A stretch of DNA of 42,217 bases from Nitrososphaerales archaeon. GTDB lineage: Archaea; Thermoproteota; Nitrososphaeria; Conexivisphaerales; UBA164. Numbering within the stretch: position 1 is the stretch's first letter; every line of letters starts with the position of its first letter. Both the position numbers and the translations under genes were made by a program. This document shows positions 8,853-16,682 of the stretch, in pieces. A model generated the notes under the pieces. The model ran no database searches, was not told the DNA's origin, and saw only the letters and a list, made by a program, of their open reading frames with translations. The DNA is taken from NCBI GenBank assembly GCA_023256405.1, contig JAGDXK010000010.1:12250-54466 (forward strand), read 5' to 3'.

Positions 8853-10718
8853 ATGGCCCCAGAGGAAGCCCAATCTTCGGAGGCCAAGGCTAAGAAATAT
8901 GATCAGGGCTTAGTTAAGGGGCTCTCTGATTTTGATCTTCTGATGCTGGTTATAGGCTCAGTTCTCGGGGGCTCATGGCTTTTTGGGGCGTATTACTCAG
9001 CGATGTATGTGGGCCCGGCCTCAATAATTTCGTGGATAATCGGAGGGGTGCTTCTGATCTTTGTAGCTATAGTGTGGGCCGAGGTCGGATCCCTCTTCCC
9101 AAAATCAGGGGGGCTAGTAAGAATTCCGCAGTACACGGGCGGCACGTTTGCTTCGTTTGTTATGGGCTGGGCATATCTTCTGGGCATAATTACAGTTGCG
9201 CCAACCGAAACGCTGGGGGCCGTTCAGTATCTTTCGTCCTTTATCCCAGGGATATTCGTAAACGGCACAATAACGCTCAAGGGGGGAATAATAACTTTTG
9301 CGCTACTGACCTTCTTCTTCTTTCTCAACTACTTTGGGGTGAAGCTCTTCGGAAAAGTAAACGATTCCTTTGGCATCTGGAAGCTTATAATACCCACGAT
9401 GGCGGTGATTCTGCTTATTGTATTTTATCCACATCCCGAGAACTTTACATCACTGCCTGGAGGCTTTGCTCCTTACGGATATTCCTCCATGTTCCTTGCT
9501 GTTTCCGCCGGCGGAATAATTTACTCGTATCTTGGGTTCAGGGAGTCGATAGATTATGCTGGCGAATCGAAAAATCCAGAACGGGCAATTCCTCTTTCAA
9601 CAATAGGAGGCCTGGTTATCATGATGGTCCTGTACGTGCTCATTCAGGTAGCATTCATAGCTGGCCTTGATTGGAAGGCCCTTGGTCTGAGCCCCGGCGA
9701 CTGGTCAGGCCTGCAGAGCACGGTTTTGTCGAACGGCCCGTTCTTCGAAATATTCAGGCTTTCTGGCATAGCGATACTTGTTGCATTTACTTCAGTTCTC
9801 CTGATAGACGCTATAATTTCGCCATCGGGATGCTCCATAATAACCACCGGTGTATCCTCAAGAACCTTTTATGGCCTGGCCGCAGATGGACACCTTCCCG
9901 AGTTCTTTCTGAAGCTTAACAGATGGAGAATACCATGGATATCCCTGCTTGCTTCGTGGCTTCTTGGAGCTTTATTTATAATACCATACCCCACTTGGCA
10001 GCTCCTTTCAACCTTCATAAGCGCCGCAACCGTGATAGCTTACCTTGGAGGTATGCCAGCCCTGATGGCCCTCAGAAAGTTCGCTCCTGACGTAAAAAGG
10101 AGGTTCAGAGCTCCAGCGGCCGGGATTATAGTTCCAGCGGCATTCATAGTTTCCGTTCTCCTTATCTACTGGACCCCCTACACGGTGCTCTATGGAACTG
10201 TGGTTGTTACGCTCGCCGGTCTTCCACTTTACTTTATTTATTCCGCTAGAAAATACGGAAGAAAGCTGCTAGTGGCGCTCTCATCTTCAGCTGTTTACCT
10301 GGCCATCTTGTTCTTTATAACTTACTATATCGCATACCGGAGGATAGCGCTTCCCTACTCGGAAAGCATAACGGAGCAGATGGGCTTCATATTCCCATTC
10401 CTTGAGTTCTGGAGCGCCCTTGTGGTTCTGCTGATCGCATACATTTTTGTGAACTATTATGCTATAAACGAAAATGGAAGAAAACATGTAAGGTCAGGAC
10501 TGTGGATAGTAGCGCTGCTGGTTACTCTGCTTCTGATCTCGTTCTTTGGACCTTACGGTCCCCTTGAGTCGCCTCTAATAACATTCCCTGAGGACAACTT
10601 TGTTGCTATAGCCGTCGGGATCATTTTCTACCTGTGGTCGGTCAGGGCCTCCTTCTTCACGGAGGACCTTGGAGCTGTGCTGAGCGAATACAGGGAAAGC
10701 GCCAAAAAACCTGACTGA
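8853..10718 (+). CDS. APC-superfamily amino acid permease with an extended C-terminal membrane domain
   Basis: This 621-aa protein has an APC-like N-terminal 12-TM core (GSVLGGSWLF..., FPKSGG motif) plus about 4 extra C-terminal hydrophobic spans. Confidence 0.8.
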   Translation: MAPEEAQSSEAKAKKYDQGLVKGLSDFDLLMLVIGSVLGGSWLFGAYYSAMYVGPASIISWIIGGVLLIFVAIVWAEVGSLFPKSGGLVRIPQYTGGTFASFVMGWAYLLGIITVAPTETLGAVQYLSSFIPGIFVNGTITLKGGIITFALLTFFFFLNYFGVKLFGKVNDSFGIWKLIIPTMAVILLIVFYPHPENFTSLPGGFAPYGYSSMFLAVSAGGIIYSYLGFRESIDYAGESKNPERAIPLSTIGGLVIMMVLYVLIQVAFIAGLDWKALGLSPGDWSGLQSTVLSNGPFFEIFRLSGIAILVAFTSVLLIDAIISPSGCSIITTGVSSRTFYGLAADGHLPEFFLKLNRWRIPWISLLASWLLGALFIIPYPTWQLLSTFISAATVIAYLGGMPALMALRKFAPDVKRRFRAPAAGIIVPAAFIVSVLLIYWTPYTVLYGTVVVTLAGLPLYFIYSARKYGRKLLVALSSSAVYLAILFFITYYIAYRRIALPYSESITEQMGFIFPFLEFWSALVVLLIAYIFVNYYAINENGRKHVRSGLWIVALLVTLLLISFFGPYGPLESPLITFPEDNFVAIAVGIIFYLWSVRASFFTEDLGAVLSEYRESAKKPD

Positions 10719-10739
10719 TTACAAAAGCAGAAAGCTTCG
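10719..10739 (+). repeat. 21-nt exact repeat copy A (TTACAAAAGCAGAAAGCTTCG)
   Basis: It is identical to the reverse complement of 15376-15396. It starts 1 nt after the stop of the permease gene. Confidence 0.9.
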
Positions 10740-10870
10740 TCGTTCATGGCGGGTATGAGGTCAGAGTGAACTTGTTGCCCCTCGAGCAATATTAAAAGGG
10801 TGACCTGGGGCAGATGATTTAAACACCAGCCCGTCAGGTTTATTTAGCGTTTCAAAAGAAGCGATGCTTC

Positions 10871-11284
10871 CTAAAATCGCTCTGTATAAAAGTATGTGCC
10901 CTTTACGATGCTACACAGCGTGTTGTTCCCGTCATAGACCTCAATCAGCGCGTAAGCCAGGTTCTTTCCGCCCTTGATAATCCTCGATCTGGCAACTATG
11001 GGGCCCGTTGTTATCGGCCTCATGTACGTTATTTCAAGGTCTACTGTTACTTCGTTATAACCAAGGTTGCTGGTCAGCGCCGCGCATCCGCCAGCGGCAT
11101 CTGCAAGCGTTGCTATAGCTCCTCCGTTAACGAAACCTCCGAACCTCGTTATCTCCTCCCTGAAGTCCATATAGAGCGCACACTCTCCATGCCCGATGTT
11201 TTTGACTTTTATCCCAACGTGTTTGAGAAACGGATCATTCTCTAGGATCTCCTTAAGGAAGTCCAGACTCATAACATGTATCAA
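10871..11284 (-). CDS. PaaI/hotdog-fold acyl-CoA thioesterase
   Basis: This is a 137-aa protein. The motif FGGFVNGGAIATLADAAGG and its overall length match PaaI-family thioesterases. Confidence 0.8.
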   Translation of the reverse strand: MIHVMSLDFLKEILENDPFLKHVGIKVKNIGHGECALYMDFREEITRFGGFVNGGAIATLADAAGGCAALTSNLGYNEVTVDLEITYMRPITTGPIVARSRIIKGGKNLAYALIEVYDGNNTLCSIVKGTYFYTERF

Positions 11285-11311
11285 CTGTAAGCATCTAAAA
11301 GCTTTGCTGAG

Positions 11312-11875
11312 CTAAGACGATCTGTAGAGGTAGCCGCTGAAATAAAGTATCCATAGAAGCACCGGATATGCTATCATCCTCTCTATGCCGCCTGGCCCAA
11401 GCCCAAGCGTGACCCCTGATGCAAATAAGAATAGCGAAACAAGGGAGAAAAGACCGACAAGGATGGATATGTATTTCATTAAAGAACCCTGAAGTCTATA
11501 GGAGCTGATGACTGCAAGTGAACCAAAGAGGAACGTTATAAACGAGACTATAGTGTGTATGTGATAAGGAGAGTACTCCGGAAACACCCCCACTAGAAAA
11601 GCGCCCAGACCTCCTATGAACATGAGGGTCGGGAAGAGCTTCGTTTTCAGGCCCTTATAAACGAGGTATGATGAAATCATGATAGCAATCCCGAAGATCA
11701 TTATAGATGGGTTGAATACAAACGATGTAGATCCCACTCCAAGATCGCTTATATAGTTGGAGCTTATGCTATACCCTTTGTACTCCGCTTCCGCTACAAT
11801 CATCATGATTATGAACTGAAAGGTCCCTACAAAGGTTATGACTCCAGCGTTTCTCAGGTGCGAACTATCGTTCAT
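11312..11875 (-). CDS. DUF998-family integral membrane protein
   Basis: This 187-aa protein has about 6 TM spans. It has ISDLG after TM1 and GGIERxxxYP near the C-terminus, as in DUF998 proteins. Confidence 0.6.
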   Translation of the reverse strand: MNDSSHLRNAGVITFVGTFQFIIMMIVAEAEYKGYSISSNYISDLGVGSTSFVFNPSIMIFGIAIMISSYLVYKGLKTKLFPTLMFIGGLGAFLVGVFPEYSPYHIHTIVSFITFLFGSLAVISSYRLQGSLMKYISILVGLFSLVSLFLFASGVTLGLGPGGIERMIAYPVLLWILYFSGYLYRSS

Positions 11876-11949
11876 ATAACTAATGTTAAAACGTCTGCCT
11901 TAATAGCTTTATAATTTTATATTGAAGATGAGAGTATGAGCATTTTGTC

Positions 11950-12873
11950 TTGAGGATAACTCCACTGGGAGAGGAATCACTGGGGATAAGGTCCATGTGC
12001 ATTAAGATCGATGCGGACGGAACGGAGATCATACTTGATCCGGGCGCAAGCCTTGCACCCAGAAGGTATGGTCTTCCACCCCATCCACGGGAGCTTGAGG
12101 CGCTTGCTGAGTTCAGAAGGAGGCTTGAGAGGGAGCTTGAGAACGCCGAATATCTCTTTATTTCTCATTATCACAGGGACCACTACACACCAACGTACAG
12201 CAGCGTCTACATGGGGACCAGGGGCGAAAACATATACTCTGGAAAGGTCGTCCTTGCCAAGGATTTCAAGAGCGCAAACTACAGCCAGAGGGTTCGCGGA
12301 TACGTGCTACACAAAAGCGCCTCATCCTCGGCCAAGGAATGGATATTCGCTGACGGCATAACGATTAAGGCCGGCAACGTTAAGATCAGGATCTCGAACC
12401 CCATACCACATGGCAGGGAAGGAAGCAGGACGGGCTTCGTCATCGGGATATCCGTAAAGCACAAAGGCTATTCGATAACCTACCTTCCCGATGTTCAGGG
12501 CCCGCTATCCAAGGCTGCGGTCAAGTTTGCCACTGAAACTAAACCCGATGTTATTATTGTAGGGGGCTTTCCCTACTATCTGCTTGGCTATGCGTTCGAC
12601 GAGAATGATCTGAAGCTATCAAAAGAGCTGCTGCAGGAGATTGTTAAAAGGACAAAACCGGATCAGCTCATCATAGCGCACCACCTTTTAAGGAGCGCTA
12701 ACTGGAAGGAAGCGCTCCCTGAGGGAATAAGCTACGCAACGTACGCGTCATTGCTGGGCAGAGAGGAGAGCCTGCTGGAGGCGATGAGAAAGGAGCTCTA
12801 TGAAAAGGAGAAACCCCCTCCCGGGCACTTTGAGCTGTTCAAGGGAAGGGACAAAGAGGAAAAGGGGGACTAG
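11950..12873 (+). CDS. Metallo-beta-lactamase-fold hydrolase (UPF0282-like)
   Basis: It has the HxHxDH motif (SHYHRDHY) in an archaeal UPF0282-like 307-aa protein. The apparent start is TTG. Confidence 0.75.
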   Translation: MRITPLGEESLGIRSMCIKIDADGTEIILDPGASLAPRRYGLPPHPRELEALAEFRRRLERELENAEYLFISHYHRDHYTPTYSSVYMGTRGENIYSGKVVLAKDFKSANYSQRVRGYVLHKSASSSAKEWIFADGITIKAGNVKIRISNPIPHGREGSRTGFVIGISVKHKGYSITYLPDVQGPLSKAAVKFATETKPDVIIVGGFPYYLLGYAFDENDLKLSKELLQEIVKRTKPDQLIIAHHLLRSANWKEALPEGISYATYASLLGREESLLEAMRKELYEKEKPPPGHFELFKGRDKEEKGD

Positions 12874-12879
12874 AAACGC

Positions 12880-12886
12880 TTTTATA
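12880..12886 (+). promoter_or_regulatory. TATA box (TTTTATA) for tRNA-Val
   Basis: It is centred about 28 nt upstream of the tRNA 5' end at 12911. Confidence 0.55.
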
Positions 12887-12910
12887 CGGATCTAAAAATG
12901 AAAGATTACA

Positions 12911-12985
12911 GGGCCGGTGGTGTAGCCTGGTTAGCACGTCGCCCTCACACGGCGGAGGTCGCCGGTTCGAATCCGGCCCGGCCCA
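12911..12985 (+). tRNA. tRNA-Val (anticodon CAC)
   Basis: The hand-folded cloverleaf has acceptor GGGCCGG/CCGGCCC, anticodon arm UCGCC-CUCACAC-GGCGG, T arm GCCGG-UUCGAAU-CCGGC and discriminator A. No CCA is encoded. Confidence 0.95.
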
Positions 12986-13030
12986 CTTTCTGGGAAAAGG
13001 TTATCTTTGATCAGATCTTAAGAGCTTCGA

Positions 13031-13900
13031 ATGGGAAAACCCAGCGCTTATCTAAACCTCACAAAGCCTCAGGTTTCTTTCCTCCTCTTCCTGGGAGGCA
13101 TTACTGGTGCATTTATGGCCCTCAGGCCCATTGTTGCGCACGTTTTTAGATTCCTTGTTGGTATGATAGGCCTTTACCTTTCAATAGCTGGCGCGAACGC
13201 CCTTTCGAACTATATAGACAGGGACATAGATGCTAAAATGAAAAGAACCTGCAACAGGGCGCTCCCGTCCGGAAAGCTAACCCCACAGGAGGCCCTGAGG
13301 TTTTCCTTCCTGATCCTTTCTGTTGGTCTCCTGCTGGCGCTGTATTCCAGCATTTACGAGCTTTTCTGGATCGTTGTGGGGGTCGTATTTGATCCGGTTC
13401 TTTATAATTTCCTGAGCAAGAGGAGAACGTATTACAACATACTTATAGGATCAATAGCAGGCGGCACCCCTGTGATGGCGGGGTACAGCTTAGCTTCAGG
13501 AAGTTTCTTCTCTCTCGCACCGTTTCTTATTATGCTTCTTATCATAATTTGGACGCCAGTTCATATATGGAGCATAGCCATAAAGTACAGGGATGATTAC
13601 CGCAACGCTAACGTGCCGATGTTGCCTGTAGTGAAAGGGGTAAGAAACGCATCCTATGCGATAGCCGCATCGGCGGTCTTATTATTTGCAGTTGCATTTT
13701 TATATGCGCTCGAGTTCATGAGCCCGGTTTTTTTGGCGATGATGGTGGCTGCGGGTCTCGCAGTGCTTTATCTCTCAATAAAGCTCTTTGTGAGCACGGA
13801 CATAGAGGGGGACTCCATGAGGTTATTCATATTTTCGAATCTTTATCTAGGCATAGTGTTTGTTCTAATAATTATAAATTCTATTATAAGCGTTTTTTAA
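13031..13900 (+). CDS. ctaB: Protoheme IX farnesyltransferase (heme O synthase, UbiA family)
   Basis: The N-terminus reads YLNLTKPQVSFLL. The first Asp-rich motif is NALSNYIDRDIDAKMKRTCNRALPSG, and the second region is YRDDYRNANVPMLPVV. The protein has about 8-9 TM spans. Confidence 0.85.
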   Translation: MGKPSAYLNLTKPQVSFLLFLGGITGAFMALRPIVAHVFRFLVGMIGLYLSIAGANALSNYIDRDIDAKMKRTCNRALPSGKLTPQEALRFSFLILSVGLLLALYSSIYELFWIVVGVVFDPVLYNFLSKRRTYYNILIGSIAGGTPVMAGYSLASGSFFSLAPFLIMLLIIIWTPVHIWSIAIKYRDDYRNANVPMLPVVKGVRNASYAIAASAVLLFAVAFLYALEFMSPVFLAMMVAAGLAVLYLSIKLFVSTDIEGDSMRLFIFSNLYLGIVFVLIIINSIISVF

Positions 13901-13958
13901 CGGAAAAATTAACGGTTTTTGCGAACAGCTTATTTATATCCATCCTAAAACAGTAAAT

Positions 13959-14450
13959 ATGAATACGGGTGTAGCTCTGGGCATAATCGCAATAATAGTA
14001 ATTGCAGCAGCCGGAGGATACTATTATTATGTTACTTCACACGGAACGGTAGACATCTACGTGACTACGGGCAACGCTGATCCCATTTATCTTACCATTT
14101 CATCTGTAATGCTTCACTCAAAGAGCGGCCAGTGGATAACCATTTCAAATCAGACGAAGACTGTGCTTCTATCGTCAAACCTCTCCTTCCTTGCATCAGC
14201 ATCAATACCTCCAGGCAACTATACTGAGGTCAGGCTAGTTATAAGCTCTGCAACAGTCACCATAGCTGGCGTTAACGTGACCGTCAGCGTTCCCAGCGGC
14301 GTGATCAAAATTCCAATAGTTCCCGGAGGGCTCAAAGTGCAGGGAGGCAAGACAGCAAAGCTGGAGATACTCATAGGTCCTCATCTGATACAGAACGGGC
14401 GGGGCCAGTACATACTCTCCCCGGTAATAACCGCGACCCAAATCTCATAA
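13959..14450 (+). CDS. DUF4382-like secreted/membrane-anchored beta-rich protein
   Basis: It has an N-terminal TM anchor followed by a beta-rich domain with PPGNYTEVRL and ILSPV, as seen in DUF4382 proteins. Confidence 0.55.
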   Translation: MNTGVALGIIAIIVIAAAGGYYYYVTSHGTVDIYVTTGNADPIYLTISSVMLHSKSGQWITISNQTKTVLLSSNLSFLASASIPPGNYTEVRLVISSATVTIAGVNVTVSVPSGVIKIPIVPGGLKVQGGKTAKLEILIGPHLIQNGRGQYILSPVITATQIS

Positions 14451-14465
14451 ATTACGATTTCTTAA

Positions 14466-14510
14466 TTTTTTATTTTTTTGAATTTTAAGAAGGCAGAGCT
14501 CTGCGTTTTT
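14466..14510 (+). terminator. Oligo-T tracts plus a 12-nt palindrome between convergent genes
   Basis: T5 and T7 runs (14466-14479) follow the DUF4382 stop. The perfect palindrome GCAGAGCTCTGC (14493-14504) is followed by GTTTTT. Archaeal termination typically uses oligo-T. Confidence 0.5.
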
Positions 14511-15201
14511 AAAAGTTTATCTGAATGCCTCCACCTCCCTGTCTCGGCAGAAAAGGCTCAATAACGTAGGCGAGCTGCTGGGCCGTTACTGTGTGAAGAT
14601 AAGCTCTTCCGGGACCCTCCAGACTCACGAAGAACCATCCTTCATGAGAGAAAAGCATCGATCTTATTCCCCCTACAGTGGATACCGAGTATCTCATTCC
14701 TTCATCAAACGCAAGAAGATGACCTGCCTCCACTTGGATCCTTTCGTTTGGTCTTAGCTCCCGTGCAACAAGGCCGCCATAGGCGTGAAGGAACAGCTTT
14801 CCGCGTCCGCTGAACCTCGCGAAGAAGAGGCCCTCCCCCGCAAGTATGCCGGCCCCTATTCCTACCATCTTAGCATCATAGTTAACGCCTTCTTCTGCAG
14901 CCAGGAAAGAATGTGACTCAGCCAGCACCGAGTTCCCGTTCAGGTCGATTTCAAATACCTTTCCAGGAAACACCCCTGCAAGAACGGCTTCGCCAGGTCC
15001 CTCGAGCTCCGTAACGAAAAACGTGCTTCCTGTTAATGTTCTCTTTAACGCTGAAAGAAATCCTCCCTGCATCACAGTCCTCATGGCTACGCTGGAATCC
15101 TTTGATATAAGATGGCCCCCGTCCACGTATATCCTCTCACCTGGCTCGAGCGTTATTCTTAGATGCTGGAAATCGTTTCCTTCTATTGAGTACTTTGGCA
15201 T
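14509..15201 (-). CDS. TIGR00266/AIM24-family protein
   Basis: This is a 230-aa all-beta-looking protein. The strings LRITLEPGERIYVDGGHL, GEGLFFARFSGRGKLFL and VEAGHLLAFD match the AIM24/DUF124 pattern. Confidence 0.7.
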   Translation of the reverse strand: MPKYSIEGNDFQHLRITLEPGERIYVDGGHLISKDSSVAMRTVMQGGFLSALKRTLTGSTFFVTELEGPGEAVLAGVFPGKVFEIDLNGNSVLAESHSFLAAEEGVNYDAKMVGIGAGILAGEGLFFARFSGRGKLFLHAYGGLVARELRPNERIQVEAGHLLAFDEGMRYSVSTVGGIRSMLFSHEGWFFVSLEGPGRAYLHTVTAQQLAYVIEPFLPRQGGGGIQINF

Positions 15202-15245
15202 AGGCTGTATTTTGATTGCAGAAACATAAAAGCATTAGCGCAGCT

Positions 15246-15502
15246 GACCTTCTCTCCGCCATTCATGGCGAAGGTTCCCCGAGGTCTCAGGGATCACCCC
15301 TTTGGCGGGAGCTACTCATTCATTTAATAGCTGGCATGACGTACACAGACACCGTTTCCATTGCGCCGTCAGCGGCGAAGCTTTCTGCTTTTGTAAGTGT
15401 TTTTACGCTTCGATTATCTCGCTCTGAAAATGCTAGACTTTCACTAATTGTAACCCCCGAGACCTCTGGAGCCCCTAGCCCTTCGGAGCGGGGAGGAGGT
15501 CA
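15246..15502. ncRNA. Candidate structured non-coding element (class and strand unresolved)
   Basis: Three collinear long-range helices close a ~150-nt interior: 15246-15259 with 15489-15502, 15269-15274 with 15480-15485, and 15279-15297 with 15450-15469. The only ORF here (98 aa) is low-complexity and unconvincing. The 3' arm overlaps the last 9 codons of the MFS gene. Confidence 0.35.
15376..15396 (-). repeat. 21-nt exact repeat copy B (reverse complement of copy A)
   Basis: CGAAGCTTTCTGCTTTTGTAA on the plus strand is the reverse complement of 10719-10739. It lies inside the structured intergenic element, in the sense orientation relative to the upstream MFS gene. Confidence 0.9.
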
Positions 15503-16599
15503 GATCTACTAAGAAATTCGTTGAGAAACACAACCAGCACAAGCGTGATAGCAGAGGAGGCGCCCATCAGGGCCCAGGAATAAAGATCCCCCATGCCAGA
15601 CACGTATCCTATTACAACGCTGCCAAGAACTCCTCCTACAGTCTTACCTGTATAGAGTACGCTCGTAATTGATGTCGAGTACGCTTCTCCCAGATAGTCT
15701 CCCACAAGTGAAAAATAGAGTGGGATCATGGCCCCTCCCAGAAATCCGATTATTATCTCAGGGATCAGCGGCACCCCCAGAGCCCCTAGCGCCGCTGATG
15801 CTGTTATCAGGGCGAATGAAGCGATTATAGTCCTGAGCCTCCCGAAGCTGTCGGAAATCCTTCCCATAATTGGCCTTCCCAGCCCGCTCATCAGAGGAAA
15901 TATTATGGCAGCCAGGTAGAAATAGGATATGTTCTTCAGAGCGAACATGCTGGATGAAAGCGAAAGAAGCGGAACCGTTCCGAGCGCGTACGAGATGTAT
16001 ATTATAAAAAAGATTTTTGAAAGGACAGCCTCCCGTGGTTTTACACCGCGAAGGCCGGCAGGATAGGACACGTTTAAAACAAGCAGCGGAAGAACCAAGG
16101 CCTCTGCAGCGAACATCATTATGCCTATGGTCTGAAGGTTTTTCACCAATAAGAAGAGGGGGTTAAATATGGTGGCCCCTGCCCCAAATCCTAAAGACAC
16201 AAGCCCCACCGCTAGCCCTCTGTTGTTTCTGTGCCACTTTAGTGCGGAGTTCGTAGCGATTCCGTAAAGAATGCCCTCGCCAGCAGAACCCAATCCCCAC
16301 AGAACTATCCTCAGAGCAAGGCCTACGTCCTGAAGAAACGAAAGATAGCCGCCTGCGGATAAAAAAGCTGCAAGGATTCCTATCTTTCTGGGTCCGTAGT
16401 TATCTGCAACAAAACCTCCAGCTATCTGGAACAACGTGCTCATAAGAACGAAGACAAGGAACATGAGCTCGGTATATATTAGGTCGACGTTATAGCGTTT
16501 TGTAAGATAAACAGCGAAGACGTTCCACGAGTACTGGTACACAGAATTAAAGATCATGATTATGGTGGCTGAGGCAAGAATCCTTGGTTTTATTTCCAT
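15475..16599 (-). CDS. MFS transporter, oxalate/formate antiporter (OFA)-like
   Basis: This 374-aa protein has about 11-12 TM spans. The OFA-type N-terminal signature is VYQYSWNVF, and the loop 2-3 motif is GGFVADNYGPRK. Confidence 0.8.
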   Translation of the reverse strand: MEIKPRILASATIIMIFNSVYQYSWNVFAVYLTKRYNVDLIYTELMFLVFVLMSTLFQIAGGFVADNYGPRKIGILAAFLSAGGYLSFLQDVGLALRIVLWGLGSAGEGILYGIATNSALKWHRNNRGLAVGLVSLGFGAGATIFNPLFLLVKNLQTIGIMMFAAEALVLPLLVLNVSYPAGLRGVKPREAVLSKIFFIIYISYALGTVPLLSLSSSMFALKNISYFYLAAIIFPLMSGLGRPIMGRISDSFGRLRTIIASFALITASAALGALGVPLIPEIIIGFLGGAMIPLYFSLVGDYLGEAYSTSITSVLYTGKTVGGVLGSVVIGYVSGMGDLYSWALMGASSAITLVLVVFLNEFLSRSDLLPAPKG

Positions 16600-16652
16600 T
16601 TACCACATAGAAAACCAAAATCTGGCTTAAACTTTTTTGATGATAGCATAAG

Positions 16653-16663
16653 TTTAAATAAAA
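16653..16663 (+). promoter_or_regulatory. TATA box (TTTAAATAAAA) for the malate synthase gene
   Basis: It is centred about 26 nt upstream of the GTG start at 16683. This implies a leaderless or near-leaderless transcript. Confidence 0.5.
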
Positions 16664-16682
16664 ACGTTATAATTTTTAAAAC

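Noticed and set aside
8975-9670. A 231-aa alternative-frame ORF lies inside the 621-aa permease gene.
   Set aside because: It is on the same strand, out of frame, and Arg/Gly/Ser-rich with no motifs. The overlapping permease frame has clear membrane-protein character.
12898-13149. An 83-aa ORF overlaps tRNA-Val. The 72-aa ORF at 39882-40100 overlaps tRNA-Pro in the same way.
   Set aside because: Both read straight through well-formed tRNA cloverleaves, and the first also runs into the ctaB start. They are spurious.
15246-15502. I considered identifying the structured intergenic element as SRP (7S) RNA or RNase P RNA. The size (about 260 nt), the paired termini, a UGUAACCCCC string, and AAUGAAUGA and GUGAAAGUC strings recall those RNAs.
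   Set aside because: The defining motifs are missing. On neither strand is there a helix-8-type GGAA/GNAR loop with a flanking AGCA. The UGUAAC string is at the wrong end for an Alu domain. The GAAAGUC-like string has no complementary P4 partner (xCCGGCUUA-like). Only a generic 'structured element' claim is supportable without a covariance-model scan.
15216-15512. A 98-aa ORF on the plus strand spans the intergenic region.
   Set aside because: The translation is low-complexity and rich in Ser/Ala/Leu/Pro (…GSPRSQGSPLW…SGAPSPSERGGGQIY). It has no recognisable motifs and no sensible promoter spacing. It also overlaps the end of the MFS gene. It is most likely a chance open frame over non-coding sequence.
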